Below, in pieces: positions 19,247 through 30,759 of a stretch of 64,000 nt of DNA (position 1 is the first letter of the stretch; the number at the start of each line of letters is the position of its first letter). The position numbers and the translations under genes were made by a program. A model generated the notes under the pieces. That model was not told where the DNA came from and made no database searches. It saw only the letters and a list, made by a program, of their open reading frames with translations. The stretch is from contig JBAYFY010000003.1 in the NCBI GenBank assembly GCA_041666945.1, positions 7,392 to 71,391 on the forward strand. The letters run 5' to 3'. The DNA is from Candidatus Buchananbacteria bacterium (GTDB taxonomy: Bacteria > Patescibacteriota > Patescibacteriia > 2-01-FULL-39-33).

Positions 19247-19362
19247 GATTGTTCACCTCTCTTTCTTTTGGTTATAAAGTTTATCAAGTTATAAAGTCAG
19301 CCAAGCATTGCGCTTTGACAAACTTTATCAACCCGACAAACTTTGTAAAATTAATAATTAAT

Positions 19363-20868
19363 TTAGTAATCCTCTCCGCCCGCATCGGGCGCGGCATCAT
19401 CAATCGCCGGTTCGGCCGGTTCATCTATCGTGTTTAAGTCATTCTCCGCTTCCCTTTCGCCATAGTCATGCTTGAAACGCTTATGAGACAAGGCGGCTTT
19501 GGTTTCTTCCGTATCAATAACGGCTACGCCTTCATCGCCGCTGTATTTTTCCAGTCGTTTGGTCAATTCGGTTTCAATCTTATTAAAATCAACTATTTCT
19601 TGCACGCCGCCGTTCATATCACGGAACATAATGGTGCCGTCACTGACTTCTTTTTGGCCTAAAATCAAGCAGTATTTGACTTTTGATCTGTTGGCTTGCT
19701 CCAGTTGCGCTTTTAAGCCGTCCTTATAAAAGGCCTGGGACAATTTGAACTTGTGGCGCAGCGCTTCATACAGCACCAGGGCTTTTTTCTTGGCGCTTTC
19801 ACCCAGTTGAGCGATAAACACATCGGGTTGGTAGGGTTCGGCCACGTCCAAATTCCTGTCTCGCAACTTGGCCACGACGCGATCCATGCCGATAGAAAAA
19901 CCGCAAGCCGGCGTATTTTCTCGTCCGCCCATAAGTTCCACCAAACCATCGTAACGTCCGCCGCCGCCCAAAGCGTTTTTGCCTTCAAGATCATCGGCTG
20001 ACCAATATTCAAAAATTGTCCGATTGTAATAATCCAAACCGCGAACAATCCAGGGGTTTAAAGCATACGGCAGATTGAGTTCATCCAAATATTCCAAAAC
20101 TTTCATGAAATGCTTCTTGCAATCATCATCCAGATAATCCAATATCTGCGGCACATCGGCTTTTAATTCTTGGCAACCCGGTTCTTTGCAATCAAGCAAG
20201 CGCAAAGGATTTTTGGCCAAACGGGATTCGCAATTCTCGCACAATTTTTTGACATGCTGGCGATAATATTTCACCAAGGCCTTTTTGTACTCCTCGCGGC
20301 AAACGGAACAACCGATGGAATTCACCTGGATCACCGCTTCTATGCCTAAATCATTCAGTAAATTATAACCCATCAAAATCAATTGGGCGTCCAAAGCCGG
20401 ACCATCCTCGCCGATTGCTTCATAGCCCGCTTGGTAAAATTGGCGGAAGCGCCCAGATTGCGGCTTCTCATGGCGGAACATTGATCCGTAATAAAAAAAC
20501 CTTACCGGTTGGGGTTGATTCAAAAAGCCGTGCTGGATGAAAGCGCGCACCACGCTGGCCGTGCCTTCAGGACGCAACACCAGATTATCCCCGCCCTGGT
20601 CAACAAAAGCGAACATTTCTTTTTCTACAATGTCCGTCTGTTTGCCGATGCCTTTGGCAAAAACATCAACATACTCCAAAACGGGCGTATCAATCTTGCC
20701 ATAGCCGTAATCATTGGCAATTTTAACAGCGGCATTTTCCGCCAATTGCCAATATTTCTGATCCTGGGGCAAGATGTCGCGCATACCGGTAACCGTAATA
20801 AACTCACGGCTCCGTTTTTTTCTGGGTTTATCAAGCGATTCTTTGTCAATATTTTTAGTTCGAGGCAT
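19363..20868 (-). CDS. hisS: Histidine--tRNA ligase with acidic C-terminal tail
   Basis: GMRD, DIVEKEMF, LRPEGTA, FRHEKPQSGRFRQFYQ, VRGLDYY, GGGRYDGL. Confidence 0.97.
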   Translation of the reverse strand: MPRTKNIDKESLDKPRKKRSREFITVTGMRDILPQDQKYWQLAENAAVKIANDYGYGKIDTPVLEYVDVFAKGIGKQTDIVEKEMFAFVDQGGDNLVLRPEGTASVVRAFIQHGFLNQPQPVRFFYYGSMFRHEKPQSGRFRQFYQAGYEAIGEDGPALDAQLILMGYNLLNDLGIEAVIQVNSIGCSVCREEYKKALVKYYRQHVKKLCENCESRLAKNPLRLLDCKEPGCQELKADVPQILDYLDDDCKKHFMKVLEYLDELNLPYALNPWIVRGLDYYNRTIFEYWSADDLEGKNALGGGGRYDGLVELMGGRENTPACGFSIGMDRVVAKLRDRNLDVAEPYQPDVFIAQLGESAKKKALVLYEALRHKFKLSQAFYKDGLKAQLEQANRSKVKYCLILGQKEVSDGTIMFRDMNGGVQEIVDFNKIETELTKRLEKYSGDEGVAVIDTEETKAALSHKRFKHDYGEREAENDLNTIDEPAEPAIDDAAPDAGGEDY

Positions 20869-20901
20869 ACAATGAATAAATTCCAATATCTTGGTTATTA
20901 T

Positions 20902-21498
20902 TTATATTTTATATTCTGGCGTGCTGAAAACGGTGAAGCGGCTGAATGGCCAGCCGCGAATCCAGGTCCGGCCGACAATCAAATCCTTTTTGACTGATCC
21001 GAAAATCCGGGAATCCAACGATTGCCCGCGATTATCACCCAACAAAAAGTACTCATCTTCGGCTAAAGTCACTTCGCCGTAGCCGCGTACCGGCAAGACC
21101 GTTTCCGTGCCGGCCAATAAATAAGTTTCTCCCAACTTCTCGCCGTTGATATACACGGCATTGTCTTGAATCTTTACCTTATCGCCGGGCAAACCGACGA
21201 CACGCTTGATAAAATACTGTTTAGTGTCTTTAGGATACTTGAAAACAACGATGTCGCCCCGCTGGGGCTCATTAAAACGATAACTGATTTCGTCAATGAT
21301 CAAATATTCATGATCGTAAAAGTTCGGTTCCATGGACGCTCCCTTGACATAAAACGGCTGAATCAAAAAATATCTGACGGGTAAGATAATAACTAAAGAA
21401 ATAATGGCTACTCTGACCATTTCCCAAATAAATTCGGAGATTGCCTGCCATCTTGAACGGCCAGGACTAAAACCATCGGAAATCTGATAATTATCCAT
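20902..21498 (-). CDS. lepB: Signal peptidase I
   Basis: GASMEPNF (catalytic Ser), FIKRVVGLPGD (catalytic Lys), LGDNRGQSLDSRIFG. Confidence 0.96.
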   Translation of the reverse strand: MDNYQISDGFSPGRSRWQAISEFIWEMVRVAIISLVIILPVRYFLIQPFYVKGASMEPNFYDHEYLIIDEISYRFNEPQRGDIVVFKYPKDTKQYFIKRVVGLPGDKVKIQDNAVYINGEKLGETYLLAGTETVLPVRGYGEVTLAEDEYFLLGDNRGQSLDSRIFGSVKKDLIVGRTWIRGWPFSRFTVFSTPEYKI

Positions 21499-21771
21499 AA
21501 ATACTAAAAATCAATTAGAGATAAAGCGATTTGAGTTATCCCCAACTATTCAATTATTATATTTTAATCATAACATAAAACCCCAACAAAAATCAAGGCC
21601 AATAACGTCTTTTTTCCACAATTGATTAGATTAAAGCAATATGTTATGATATATAAAGATATTCTATAAAATATTTTTTTAAAAAGCGGGTAAACGGCCG
21701 TATTTTGACTTTTTCAGACGGGATTAACCGCTTTTCTTTTTTAAGGAAATTAAAGAAAGTAAACTGAAATT

Positions 21772-23406
21772 ATGTCCGACCCCATCAGAGTTAATTTTAT
21801 TGATACCCCCATAGACCAAAAAAATCGGGCTTTTACCGCCCCAAGGCAACTCCAGCCAGAACTGGAAACCGCCGGTTTAGCCGCGCCCAATCGACGGCGG
21901 CATTTTAGTTTTAAAAAATTGATCATCAGCTTCGCCGTAGTGGCCATTGTGGCCTTTATTGTTTTTTCTTCCTCCGTCGCTTTTTCTAACGAAAATCTAA
22001 TTAAAAATTTATCACAATTCAATTGGCTTAGCCAGGTTGGCAATTTAATCACTTCCGCCGATCGCGAGCTTAAAGGCGAAAGCGATGATCGCATTAATTT
22101 CATCATCATGGGCATTGGCGGCGGCGATCATGAGGGAGCGGAATTGGCGGACACGATTATTCTCGCCAGTTACAAACCTTCCACCAAGCAGATCGCCCTA
22201 ATGTCTATCCCCCGAGATTTGTATGTCAAAAGTTCTGGTTACGGCTGGGTAAAAATCAATGGCATTCGCGCTATCGCCGACAAAAAGAAAGCGGGTAGCG
22301 GCGATGAAGCCATGCGCCAAACTCTGTCTGATTTGTTAGACATAGCTATCCACTACTACGCCACGGTTGATTTTGACGGCTTTGAAAAATTAATTGACGA
22401 CTTCGGCGGCGTGGACATTGAAGTAGAGCGCGATTTAGTGGATTATTCTTATCCTATCCGCGGCCGCGAAGACGCCTACCCGATTGAAAGCCGTTACGAA
22501 AAGCTGGTGATAAAAAAGGGCCAACAGCATATGGACGGCGCCCTGGCTCTCAAATACGCTCGCAGCCGCCACGCCTTGGGTACGGAGGGATCGGATTTTG
22601 CTCGTTCCAAACGCCAGCAAAAAATCTTGCTCGCCCTGAAGGACAAGATCTTAGCGCCGGGCACTTTCTTCAATCCGCAAAAAGTCAACGGATTGTTAGA
22701 AATGTACAATGAGAATGTCCACACCAATCTGCAGGTTTGGGAAATAACGCGCCTCTTGCAGTTCGGCCGCGATATTGATTTCAGCCAAGGCATTATCACT
22801 TACAGCTTAGTCGACGGAACAGAACAGTTCTTATATGATCAGATGGTTAATGGCGCTTATGTGCTTCTGCCTTACGGCGGCAATTACGATAAAATAAAAT
22901 TTATTTGGCAGAATATTTACCTGCCGGAAATCGGCAAGGATTTGTTGATTGATAAAACCAAGTGGGCGGAATTCAAGGATTCAACTTCCACTAAAGCCAC
23001 CACCACTTCAGCCGCTGCCCCTGCCATAAAAAACAATACTGCGGCCGATAAAACAGTTGCGCCAACGGCGGCGGAGGTCGCCAAGCTCTATCCCGATGAT
23101 GAACCGGCAACGCAACAGGAATTGACTTATCAAAGTGAAAAAGCGCGCTTGGAAATTTTAAATGGCACGATGATCACCGGTTGGGCCGGGCAGGAAGCGA
23201 CCCGTTTAAAAACCAAGGGTTTCAATGTGGTTAATAGCGGCAATGCCGCGACTAAGGGCTATACTTCCATTAAAATTTACGACTTAAGCCGCGGCAAATA
23301 CCAATTGACTACTTCGGAATTGCAAGTTATTTACGGCGTGGAAGCCGCGACTCCACCGGCCAGCTTAAAATCATCCGCTGATATCGTGGTTATCTTGGGA
23401 AAATAA
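21772..23406 (+). CDS. LCP (LytR-CpsA-Psr) family phosphotransferase with C-terminal LytR_C domain
   Basis: N-terminal TM; ADTIIL, SIPRDLYV, LKYARSRH, SDFARSKRQQ; C-terminal EILNGT..TGWA and ADIVVILGK. Confidence 0.93.
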   Translation: MSDPIRVNFIDTPIDQKNRAFTAPRQLQPELETAGLAAPNRRRHFSFKKLIISFAVVAIVAFIVFSSSVAFSNENLIKNLSQFNWLSQVGNLITSADRELKGESDDRINFIIMGIGGGDHEGAELADTIILASYKPSTKQIALMSIPRDLYVKSSGYGWVKINGIRAIADKKKAGSGDEAMRQTLSDLLDIAIHYYATVDFDGFEKLIDDFGGVDIEVERDLVDYSYPIRGREDAYPIESRYEKLVIKKGQQHMDGALALKYARSRHALGTEGSDFARSKRQQKILLALKDKILAPGTFFNPQKVNGLLEMYNENVHTNLQVWEITRLLQFGRDIDFSQGIITYSLVDGTEQFLYDQMVNGAYVLLPYGGNYDKIKFIWQNIYLPEIGKDLLIDKTKWAEFKDSTSTKATTTSAAAPAIKNNTAADKTVAPTAAEVAKLYPDDEPATQQELTYQSEKARLEILNGTMITGWAGQEATRLKTKGFNVVNSGNAATKGYTSIKIYDLSRGKYQLTTSELQVIYGVEAATPPASLKSSADIVVILGK

Positions 23407-23418
23407 TGTTAAAATCAT

Positions 23419-23937
23419 ATGAAAAAAAAATCATTTTGGGATAAAATGCCCGGCGGTGAATTATTTTTACAAGAGCGCTGGGCGGAAAAAGCTGAAGAAG
23501 AAAGAAAGGAGGGAGAAGAAAGAAAATCAACAAAAAGTGATTTTAAAACCATAGGAGAATCCGCTGATGAAGAAGTTGAATCAAAAGAAATAAAAATTTA
23601 TTATGAAATGATAGAAGCTGTAAAACAGGATGATGACTTGCAGCCCTTATTAGCCGATCTCAACAAGGCCATTATTAGTTACGCCAACAATTGCGATAAT
23701 CTAAGGGAAAATAGAAAAAGCCCTGAAAAAACAAAAGAGTTGGGAGATTACGACCATCAACGCAACATATCCCATAATGCCTTAATCGCCGCACTCAATG
23801 CTTTATCTCGCGCTTATGTCAAAAAATACGGCAAAAACATGTGGCGCTACCAAATAGATGAAGGTAGCGGAGACAGAGAAAGAATCGGCTATTGGGCGCG
23901 ATTGGTTTCCAAGCATGTAAAAAAATTAGTTGGGTAG
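23419..23937 (+). CDS. Hypothetical helical protein (possibly DUF3232-like)
   Basis: 172-aa ORF 12 bp after the LCP gene; D..R...HNALI..LN.LSR and DRERIGYWA motifs. Confidence 0.6.
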   Translation: MKKKSFWDKMPGGELFLQERWAEKAEEERKEGEERKSTKSDFKTIGESADEEVESKEIKIYYEMIEAVKQDDDLQPLLADLNKAIISYANNCDNLRENRKSPEKTKELGDYDHQRNISHNALIAALNALSRAYVKKYGKNMWRYQIDEGSGDRERIGYWARLVSKHVKKLVG

Positions 23938-23987
23938 TTTTTATTGCTATAATAAGTTAAAATATCTTACAAAATTCATCATTGCAC

Positions 23988-24023
23988 AATAAAACCCCCC
24001 GGTTAATCCGGGAGGGTTTTATT
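23988..24023. terminator. Bidirectional intrinsic terminator
   Basis: AATAAAACCCCCCGG-TTAAT-CCGGGAGGGTTTTATT hairpin between convergent genes. Confidence 0.75.
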
Positions 24024-24100
24024 ATTATCGCTTTATTTTTTCAAACGCAATGCTCCCAATTTTATTGCCAAGCGTTTCTTAATGCGGCTTCATGATCAAA

Positions 24101-26965
24101 TCAAGTTACGATGGAAATTAATTTTCCCTTAATGAAAATGATTTTTTTCGGTTCGCCAATTAAATATTTTTTGACGTTCTTATCAGCCAAAGCAGCTGTC
24201 TTAACCGCTTCTTCGGTTGCATCTGTCGGCAAAATCAACTTAGCCCTGATCTTGCCGTTAACCTGCACCGGAATTTCTTTTTCCGCATCAATAATTTTTT
24301 CCGGATCGTACTGCGGCCATGACTCTTTGAAGATGCTATCCGTATGACCGAGTTTCTCCCATAATTCTTCGGCTAAATGCGGAGCGAAGGGAGACAAGAT
24401 GATTAAAATCTTTTCCCATTGCTCCCGACTAACGGCTTTAGCGTCGGGAATTTCATTAAACAAAATCATCATGGCGGAAATAGCGGTATTATAACTCATC
24501 GTTTCAATATCTTCGCCGACTTTCTTGACGGTTTTATCAAGTATAACTTCTACTTCGCTCTTCTCTTCTTTACTTAGAGTTTGCCGGCCGATATCCCACG
24601 CCTTATTCAAAAACCGGTGCACGCCCAAGATATTCTTGGTGCTCCAGGGCTTCATATCTTCCAAAGGGCCCATAAACATTTCATACAGGCGGAAAGTGTC
24701 AGCGCCGTATTCTTTCAGGATGTCGTCGGGATTAACCACATTGCCGCGCGACTTAGACATTTTTTCGCCATCCTCGCCCAAAATCAAACCTTGATTGACT
24801 AACTTAGCAAACGGTTCTTCCTGCGGCACGACGCCGATGTCAAACAAAACCATATTCCAAAAACGGGCATAAAGCAAATGCAAAACCGCGTGTTCGGCTC
24901 CGCCGAGATACAAATCAACCGGCAGCCAATATTTCATTTTTTCGGCAGCAGCGATAGCCGTGTCATTATGCGGATCAATATAGCGCAGCCAGTACCAAGA
25001 CGAACCCGCCCATTGTGGCATGGTGTTGGTTTCGCGCTTAGCCGGACCGCCGCAGTTGGGACAAGTCGTATTCACCCACTCGTCAATAGTCGCCAGTGGC
25101 GATTCGCCTGTGCCGGTCGGTTCGTATTTTTCCACTTCCGGCAAAGTCAGAGGTAAGTCCTTCTCATCCAGAGTTACAGTTCCGCATTTCTTGCAATGCA
25201 CCAAGGGAATCGGTTCGCCCCAATATCTTTGGCGGGAAAAAACCCAATCGCGCAATTTATAATTAACCGCTTTCCGGCCATAACCCTTCTCTTCCAGCCA
25301 GGCCGTCATCTTGCTGATTGCTTCTGCCGGCGCCAAGCCGTTTAAAAATTCCGAATTAACCATCAAGCCGTTATTCACGTCCGTATAAGCAATATCGCCT
25401 TTCTTAATCCGTTCCAGCCAAATATCCATTTCGGCATGAACCATAAAATCAACCGTCAGTTTCTCCGGTTCCAGCCATAAAATCTCATTCTGCGCTTCTT
25501 TTTCTTCCTCGGCTATTTCAGCTTGTTCTTCATCAACCAAATCAAATTGGATTAAATTGGTATAAGACACCCGATTAACGCCTTTATGATTGGCAAAATA
25601 CTCGGCTCGCACTTGTCCGCCCAGAATCTTGCCGTTTGCCAAATGCTTATAGCCGGTTTCTTCCAGCACTTCCCGCTTAGCGGCGGCAAGCGGTTCTTCA
25701 CCTTCGCTCATTCCGCCCATGGGAAAAGTATTCCAGTTATATTTTTTTGAATGCAGAACAAGGATTTTTCCGGTTCGCGGATTGCGGACAACGACTTGAA
25801 CGTTTTTCCGTTCCACTTTTTCCTTGCCGTCCACTGGCGGATTTCTTTTGTCTATCCTTTCTGGAACAATGACTTCAATAATCGGCAAATCAAATTTTTT
25901 GGCAAATTCAAAATCCCTATCATCATGAGCCGGCACAGCCATAATCGCGCCCGTACCGTAAGACGCCAGGACATAATCGGAAATCCAAATTGGAATTTCC
26001 GCATTATTAACCGGATTGATTGCTTTAATGCCCTTCAACTCCATGCCGGTTTTATCTTTATTGAGTTCCGTCCGTTCCAAATCGGATTTATTTTTGGCAG
26101 AATCAATATAAGCTTCAACTTCAGCAAAATTAGAGATCTGGCCTTTCAATTCTTGCGCCAATTGATGTTCCGGCGCCAAAACCATGTAAGTCGCGCCGAA
26201 CAAGGTGTCGGGGCGAGTGGTATAGACAGTGATCTTTTTATCGCTTCCGGCAATCTTGAAGTCAACTTCGGCACCCTCGCTGCGGCCAATCCAATTTTTC
26301 TGCAAAATTTTAATGGACTGCGGCCAATCCAGCTGGTCAACGCCTTTCAGCAACCGATCGGCGTAAGCGGTGATCTTCAGCATCCACTGACGCATATCGC
26401 GGCGTTCCACTGCTGTGCCGCAACGATCGCATTTGCCGTTTTTGACTTCCTCATTGGCCAATCCGGTTTTGCACGACGGACAAAAATTAATCGGCACGGT
26501 CGCCTCGTAAGCCAAACCCTTTTTAAAAAGTTGCAAAAAAATCCACTGCGTCCATTTGTAATATTTCGGATCGGTCGTATCCACTTCCCTGTCCCAATCG
26601 TAAGAAAACCCGAGCGATTGGATTTGGCGCTTGAAGGTGGCGATGTTCTGTTCGGTGGTAAGCCGCGGATGCGTGCCGGTTTTGATGGCATAATTTTCCG
26701 CCGGCAAACCGAAAGCGTCCCAGCCCATCGGGTGCAAAACATTAAAACCTTTTAATCGCAAGTAACGGGAATAAATATCGGTTGCCGTGTAACCTTCCGG
26801 ATGACCGACATGCAGGCCCGCTCCCGACGGATAGGGAAACATATCCAAAATATACTTCTTGGGCTTGGCGCCGAAATCATCGGCTCGATCAATTTTGGTG
26901 TTCAGCCATTTTTTTTGCCACTTGGCTTCGCCGCCAGCGGCTAAAAACTCTTTATACGAAAGCAT
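24101..26965 (-). CDS. leuS: Leucine--tRNA ligase with inserted Nudix domain
   Basis: [14 protein letters not shown] (HIGH motif), [15 protein letters not shown] editing motif; Nudix box [22 protein letters not shown]. Confidence 0.97.
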   Translation of the reverse strand: MLSYKEFLAAGGEAKWQKKWLNTKIDRADDFGAKPKKYILDMFPYPSGAGLHVGHPEGYTATDIYSRYLRLKGFNVLHPMGWDAFGLPAENYAIKTGTHPRLTTEQNIATFKRQIQSLGFSYDWDREVDTTDPKYYKWTQWIFLQLFKKGLAYEATVPINFCPSCKTGLANEEVKNGKCDRCGTAVERRDMRQWMLKITAYADRLLKGVDQLDWPQSIKILQKNWIGRSEGAEVDFKIAGSDKKITVYTTRPDTLFGATYMVLAPEHQLAQELKGQISNFAEVEAYIDSAKNKSDLERTELNKDKTGMELKGIKAINPVNNAEIPIWISDYVLASYGTGAIMAVPAHDDRDFEFAKKFDLPIIEVIVPERIDKRNPPVDGKEKVERKNVQVVVRNPRTGKILVLHSKKYNWNTFPMGGMSEGEEPLAAAKREVLEETGYKHLANGKILGGQVRAEYFANHKGVNRVSYTNLIQFDLVDEEQAEIAEEEKEAQNEILWLEPEKLTVDFMVHAEMDIWLERIKKGDIAYTDVNNGLMVNSEFLNGLAPAEAISKMTAWLEEKGYGRKAVNYKLRDWVFSRQRYWGEPIPLVHCKKCGTVTLDEKDLPLTLPEVEKYEPTGTGESPLATIDEWVNTTCPNCGGPAKRETNTMPQWAGSSWYWLRYIDPHNDTAIAAAEKMKYWLPVDLYLGGAEHAVLHLLYARFWNMVLFDIGVVPQEEPFAKLVNQGLILGEDGEKMSKSRGNVVNPDDILKEYGADTFRLYEMFMGPLEDMKPWSTKNILGVHRFLNKAWDIGRQTLSKEEKSEVEVILDKTVKKVGEDIETMSYNTAISAMMILFNEIPDAKAVSREQWEKILIILSPFAPHLAEELWEKLGHTDSIFKESWPQYDPEKIIDAEKEIPVQVNGKIRAKLILPTDATEEAVKTAALADKNVKKYLIGEPKKIIFIKGKLISIVT

Positions 26966-27181
26966 ATTTTTATTATTTAAGATAGTTTTAGATTAACACA
27001 AAATTACTACTATTTCAATAACTGATTCAATAACTAAAATTAAGCCGAGATTTTGACCTGATTCTTTCAGCCCGATCAAATAGGCGTTGTCGCTACGTAT
27101 TGACTTGCAACACCAAAAGTGCTACACTAAAAGCCGACCCGTTGAATCAATGATCTCCGCAACTCAAATTGGAGAAAAAAA

Positions 27182-27436
27182 ATGAAAACTATTCCGGTGC
27201 TGACTTCGATTCTGGGAAACCTAAAATGGCTTATAATCGGCAATGTCATTTGTTTGATTACTATGTTATTTTTGCTACCCATCAATAATTTGACGGAAAT
27301 AGAAGAAAAAATCTTACTGGCTTTCTGTGGCTCAATAGCGGTGGCATCAATGTTCTCTTTCGTTTTTATTATGATTGCCGTCTGCCTTTTGCCTCTACCG
27401 GAAAAAACCGAGGATAATGAAAACACCGAGGAGTAA
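27182..27436 (+). CDS. Small two-TM hypothetical membrane protein
   Basis: 84-aa ORF with two hydrophobic segments; GGAG upstream; lies in an otherwise non-coding gap. Confidence 0.55.
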   Translation: MKTIPVLTSILGNLKWLIIGNVICLITMLFLLPINNLTEIEEKILLAFCGSIAVASMFSFVFIMIAVCLLPLPEKTEDNENTEE

Positions 27437-27750
27437 ATAGACAACGGACGGATGGAGGGACGGGGGGACCGGCAAAAAGAAAAGCGGGCGATCAATTCCC
27501 ATGCGGGTTTATCGCCGGAATTGTTAAAAAAATAAGAATAACTGTTTGTTTTACCTTTTCCTAACCGAAATATTTACCGGTTTTATGATTGCCGGCTGCT
27601 AAGAGTACCTTAAACTAAACCCCCTCCTCGGAGCTGTAGCTCTGAGGAGTTTTTCTTTAATCAAAAAAACACGACTATTTTGTAAGCCGTGTTTTTATGT
27701 GTTTATAGAAAGTCGCCTTGATACTTCAATGCTCTGCCGCGGGGTCGACT

Positions 27751-30636
27751 TCATTTGCCCAAAATTTTCTTCAGATACTGTCCGGTGTAGCTTTCTTTGA
27801 CCCGCGCCACATCATAGGGCGTGCCGGCCGCCACCACGTAACCGCCTTTTTCTCCGCCTTCCGGACCCAGATCAATCACCCAATCGGCTGATTTTATTAC
27901 TTCAAGATTGTGCTCAATAATCAATACTGAATTGTCTTTGTCGGCTAGACGATTTAAGACGTGCAACAAGCGCTTGATATCTTCAAAATGCAAACCGGTG
28001 GTCGGCTCATCCAGGATATACAAGGTCTTGCCGGTCGGTCGGCGGGACAATTCCGTTGCCAGTTTGACGCGTTGCGCCTCGCCGCCGGATAAAGTGGTGG
28101 CGGGCTGGCCCAATTTAAGATAACCCAAACCGACTTGATCCAAAATTTCCAATTTATCAATAATTTGGTCATGGCCGGAAAAAAACTTTTTGGCTTCAGC
28201 GACCGACATGGCCAAAACGTCGGCGATATTCTTGCCTTTATAATAAATCTCCAAGGCCTCGCGATTATAGCGCTGGCCGTGGCATTCCTCGCATTCCACG
28301 TAAACGTCCGGTAAAAATTGCATTTCAATTTTAACCATGCCGTCGCCGCCGCAGGTTTCGCAGCGTCCGCCGCCTTTGACGTTGAAAGAAAAATGGCCCT
28401 GTTTGAATCCGCGCATTTTGGCTTCAGGCAGCTCGGAAAACAAGTCGCGGATGTAAGTGAACACGCCGGTATAAGTCGCCGGATTGCTGCGCGGCGTACG
28501 GCCGATGGGCGACTGATCAATATCAATTACCTTATCCAAATTCTCCAGTCCCTTGATTTCTTTATGCCGGCCCGGCAAGTCCTTGGTGCGGTAAAATCTG
28601 TTAGACAAGGCCTTGGCCAGAATTTCATTCATTAAGGTGGATTTGCCGCTGCCGGATACGCCGGTAATCACCACCAGCTTGCCCAAAGGAATCTTAACGT
28701 CAATGTTTTTTAAATTGAACTCTTTGGCGCCGATGATTTCAATTGATTTGCCATTACCTTCGCGCAATTGGCTTTTGGCTTCAATGCGCCTGACTCCCGC
28801 CAGATATTGGCCGGTCAAAGATTTTTTATTTTTCTTCACCTGGCTGATAGCGCCTTCGGCCACCACTTCCCCGCCCAAAGCGCCGGCGCCCGGCCCGATG
28901 TCAATCAGCCAATCGGAAGCCATCATGATCTGCTCATCATGTTCAACCACGACCACCGAATTGCCTTTGTCGCGCAAGGTCTTTAGGGTATTGATTAATT
29001 TTTCCGTATTGCGCGGGTGCAAGCCGATGGACGGCTCATCCAGCACATAGGTTACCGACTCCAAGCCGGAACCGATTTGCACGGCCAAACGGATGCGTTG
29101 GGCTTCCCCGCCGGCCAAAGTATTGGCGGCGCGCGACAAGGTCAGATACTCCAAACCGACGTTTTTCAAAAATGACAGTTTTTTTAACGCTTCGCGGATC
29201 AATTGCTTGGCAATTTTGCCCTCGCGCCTGTCTTCCCATTTCCTGACGAAACCGGACAAAAATTCCTCCAAGTCAGTCAAGGACAGATTTGTCACCTGCG
29301 AAATATTTTTTCCTTCCACTTTAACCGACAAGCTCTCCGGCCGCAGCCGAGTGCCATGGCAAATCGGGCAAGTGGACACGCGCATGTAATCTTCCAATGT
29401 TTTCTGCAAATATTCCGATTTAGTGTCATTATATTTGTCATCCAGAAATTTCAAAACGCCCTCAAACAGCAGCGGCTTGCCGTCTACCGGATATTCCCGG
29501 CCGTCGCCTTCAAAAATCAAATCAACGACTTTTTCCGGCAATTCGGCTACGGGCGCATGCAAAGAAAAATCATACGCTTTGGCCACCGCTTCCAATAATT
29601 TCATGTTGGAATTCTGGCTGGCAAAGTTGCGCGACCAGGGTTTAATGGCGCCTTCGGCCAGAGTCAAGCGCTTATTGGGAATAATCAAATCGCGATCGGG
29701 ATTAAGCTTGACGCCCAAGCCGCGGCAAGACGGGCAAGCACCGAAAGGCGAATTGAAAGAGAAGGATCGGGGTTCAACTTCGGGAATGCTCAATTGGCAT
29801 TTGGCGCAATAGTAATAAAGATTGAAAGCAATTTCCTGGCTGTCGCCTCCGGTTAAAGCGGGTAAGGCGATAACATTGACAAAACCGTTGCTTAAATCCA
29901 AAGCCACGAGCAGGGCTTTGTTCAGGCGTTGGAAAGACACGTCCTTGTCGTTCTGTTCCTTAATTTCCTTGGTGACGGGCAGATTGTCAATCTGCACTTC
30001 AATCGTGTGCGCTAAATCCTTATCCAAAGACAGTTTGCCGCCGGAAATTTCGTGCGCTTGGTAAAAATTGCCGTCAATGCGGAAAATTTCATAATTGACG
30101 CGCAATAAATTATCAATGACTTTGGCATGATTGCCTTTTTTATTGATTACTATGGGTGATAAAAGCGAAATACGGTTGCCTTCGGGCAACTTGGATAAAC
30201 GTTCCAAAATCTGCCCGGCGGTTTGGCGGGTCAGGGGTTCGCCGCACTTGTGGCAATGCACAATGCCGACTTTGGCATAAAGCAAACGCAGATAATCATA
30301 AATTTCCGTCACGGTGCCGACAGTGGAGCGGGGGTTAATGGAAGAAGATTTTTGGTCAATGGCGATGGTCGGCGATAAGCCGTCAATTGAATCCACGTCC
30401 GGCTTGTCCATTAAATCCAAAAATTGTTTGGCGTAAGAAGATAAGGACTCGGCGTAACGTCTTTGGCCTTCGGCGTAAATCGTGTCAAAAGCCAGGGAGG
30501 ATTTGCCCGAACCGGACAGGCCGGTGATGACTACCAACTGGTCCTTGGGGATGTCCACGGAAATGTTTTTCAGATTATTGACTCTGGCGCCGCGGACACT
30601 GATTTGTTTGTGGCCGGAAGAGAAAGATTTTGGCAT
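27751..30636 (-). CDS. uvrA: Excinuclease ABC subunit A
   Basis: Two Walker A motifs ([18 protein letters not shown]), LSGGEAQR, zinc fingers, LDEPTTGLH. Confidence 0.98.
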   Translation of the reverse strand: MPKSFSSGHKQISVRGARVNNLKNISVDIPKDQLVVITGLSGSGKSSLAFDTIYAEGQRRYAESLSSYAKQFLDLMDKPDVDSIDGLSPTIAIDQKSSSINPRSTVGTVTEIYDYLRLLYAKVGIVHCHKCGEPLTRQTAGQILERLSKLPEGNRISLLSPIVINKKGNHAKVIDNLLRVNYEIFRIDGNFYQAHEISGGKLSLDKDLAHTIEVQIDNLPVTKEIKEQNDKDVSFQRLNKALLVALDLSNGFVNVIALPALTGGDSQEIAFNLYYYCAKCQLSIPEVEPRSFSFNSPFGACPSCRGLGVKLNPDRDLIIPNKRLTLAEGAIKPWSRNFASQNSNMKLLEAVAKAYDFSLHAPVAELPEKVVDLIFEGDGREYPVDGKPLLFEGVLKFLDDKYNDTKSEYLQKTLEDYMRVSTCPICHGTRLRPESLSVKVEGKNISQVTNLSLTDLEEFLSGFVRKWEDRREGKIAKQLIREALKKLSFLKNVGLEYLTLSRAANTLAGGEAQRIRLAVQIGSGLESVTYVLDEPSIGLHPRNTEKLINTLKTLRDKGNSVVVVEHDEQIMMASDWLIDIGPGAGALGGEVVAEGAISQVKKNKKSLTGQYLAGVRRIEAKSQLREGNGKSIEIIGAKEFNLKNIDVKIPLGKLVVITGVSGSGKSTLMNEILAKALSNRFYRTKDLPGRHKEIKGLENLDKVIDIDQSPIGRTPRSNPATYTGVFTYIRDLFSELPEAKMRGFKQGHFSFNVKGGGRCETCGGDGMVKIEMQFLPDVYVECEECHGQRYNREALEIYYKGKNIADVLAMSVAEAKKFFSGHDQIIDKLEILDQVGLGYLKLGQPATTLSGGEAQRVKLATELSRRPTGKTLYILDEPTTGLHFEDIKRLLHVLNRLADKDNSVLIIEHNLEVIKSADWVIDLGPEGGEKGGYVVAAGTPYDVARVKESYTGQYLKKILGK

Positions 30637-30706
30637 AGGGTATTTTAAGATATGTCAACCAAAAGCATATCATACTTTGATTTGCGGGTCAAGTAAGGGG
30701 CGAGAA

Positions 30707-30749
30707 AACAAAAAAAACCGCCGAGAACTCTTGCGAGTCCCGGCGGAAT
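30707..30749 (-). terminator. Intrinsic terminator
   Basis: On the minus strand: CCGCCGGGACTCGCAAGAGTTCTCGGCGG followed by a T-run, downstream of the ORF ending at 30760. Confidence 0.7.
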
Positions 30750-30759
30750 TAATGAACAA

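Noticed and set aside
19270-19350. AAAGTT/AACTTT short repeats between hisS and rpsU (similar at 47437-47467)
   Set aside because: A low-complexity imperfect hairpin; no specific function can be supported.
25751-26755. 334-aa plus-strand ORF, and many other short overlapping ORFs
   Set aside because: These are antisense or alternate-frame shadows of well-supported genes such as leuS, uvrA, ileS and the giant gene.
26966-27130. T-box upstream of leuS (also checked argS and hisS)
   Set aside because: No GGTGGNACC-like T-box motif was found in these leaders.
27437-27750. Possible ncRNA or small ORF between the 84-aa gene and uvrA
   Set aside because: Only terminator-like hairpins and a 27-codon ORF are present, with no recognisable RNA family.
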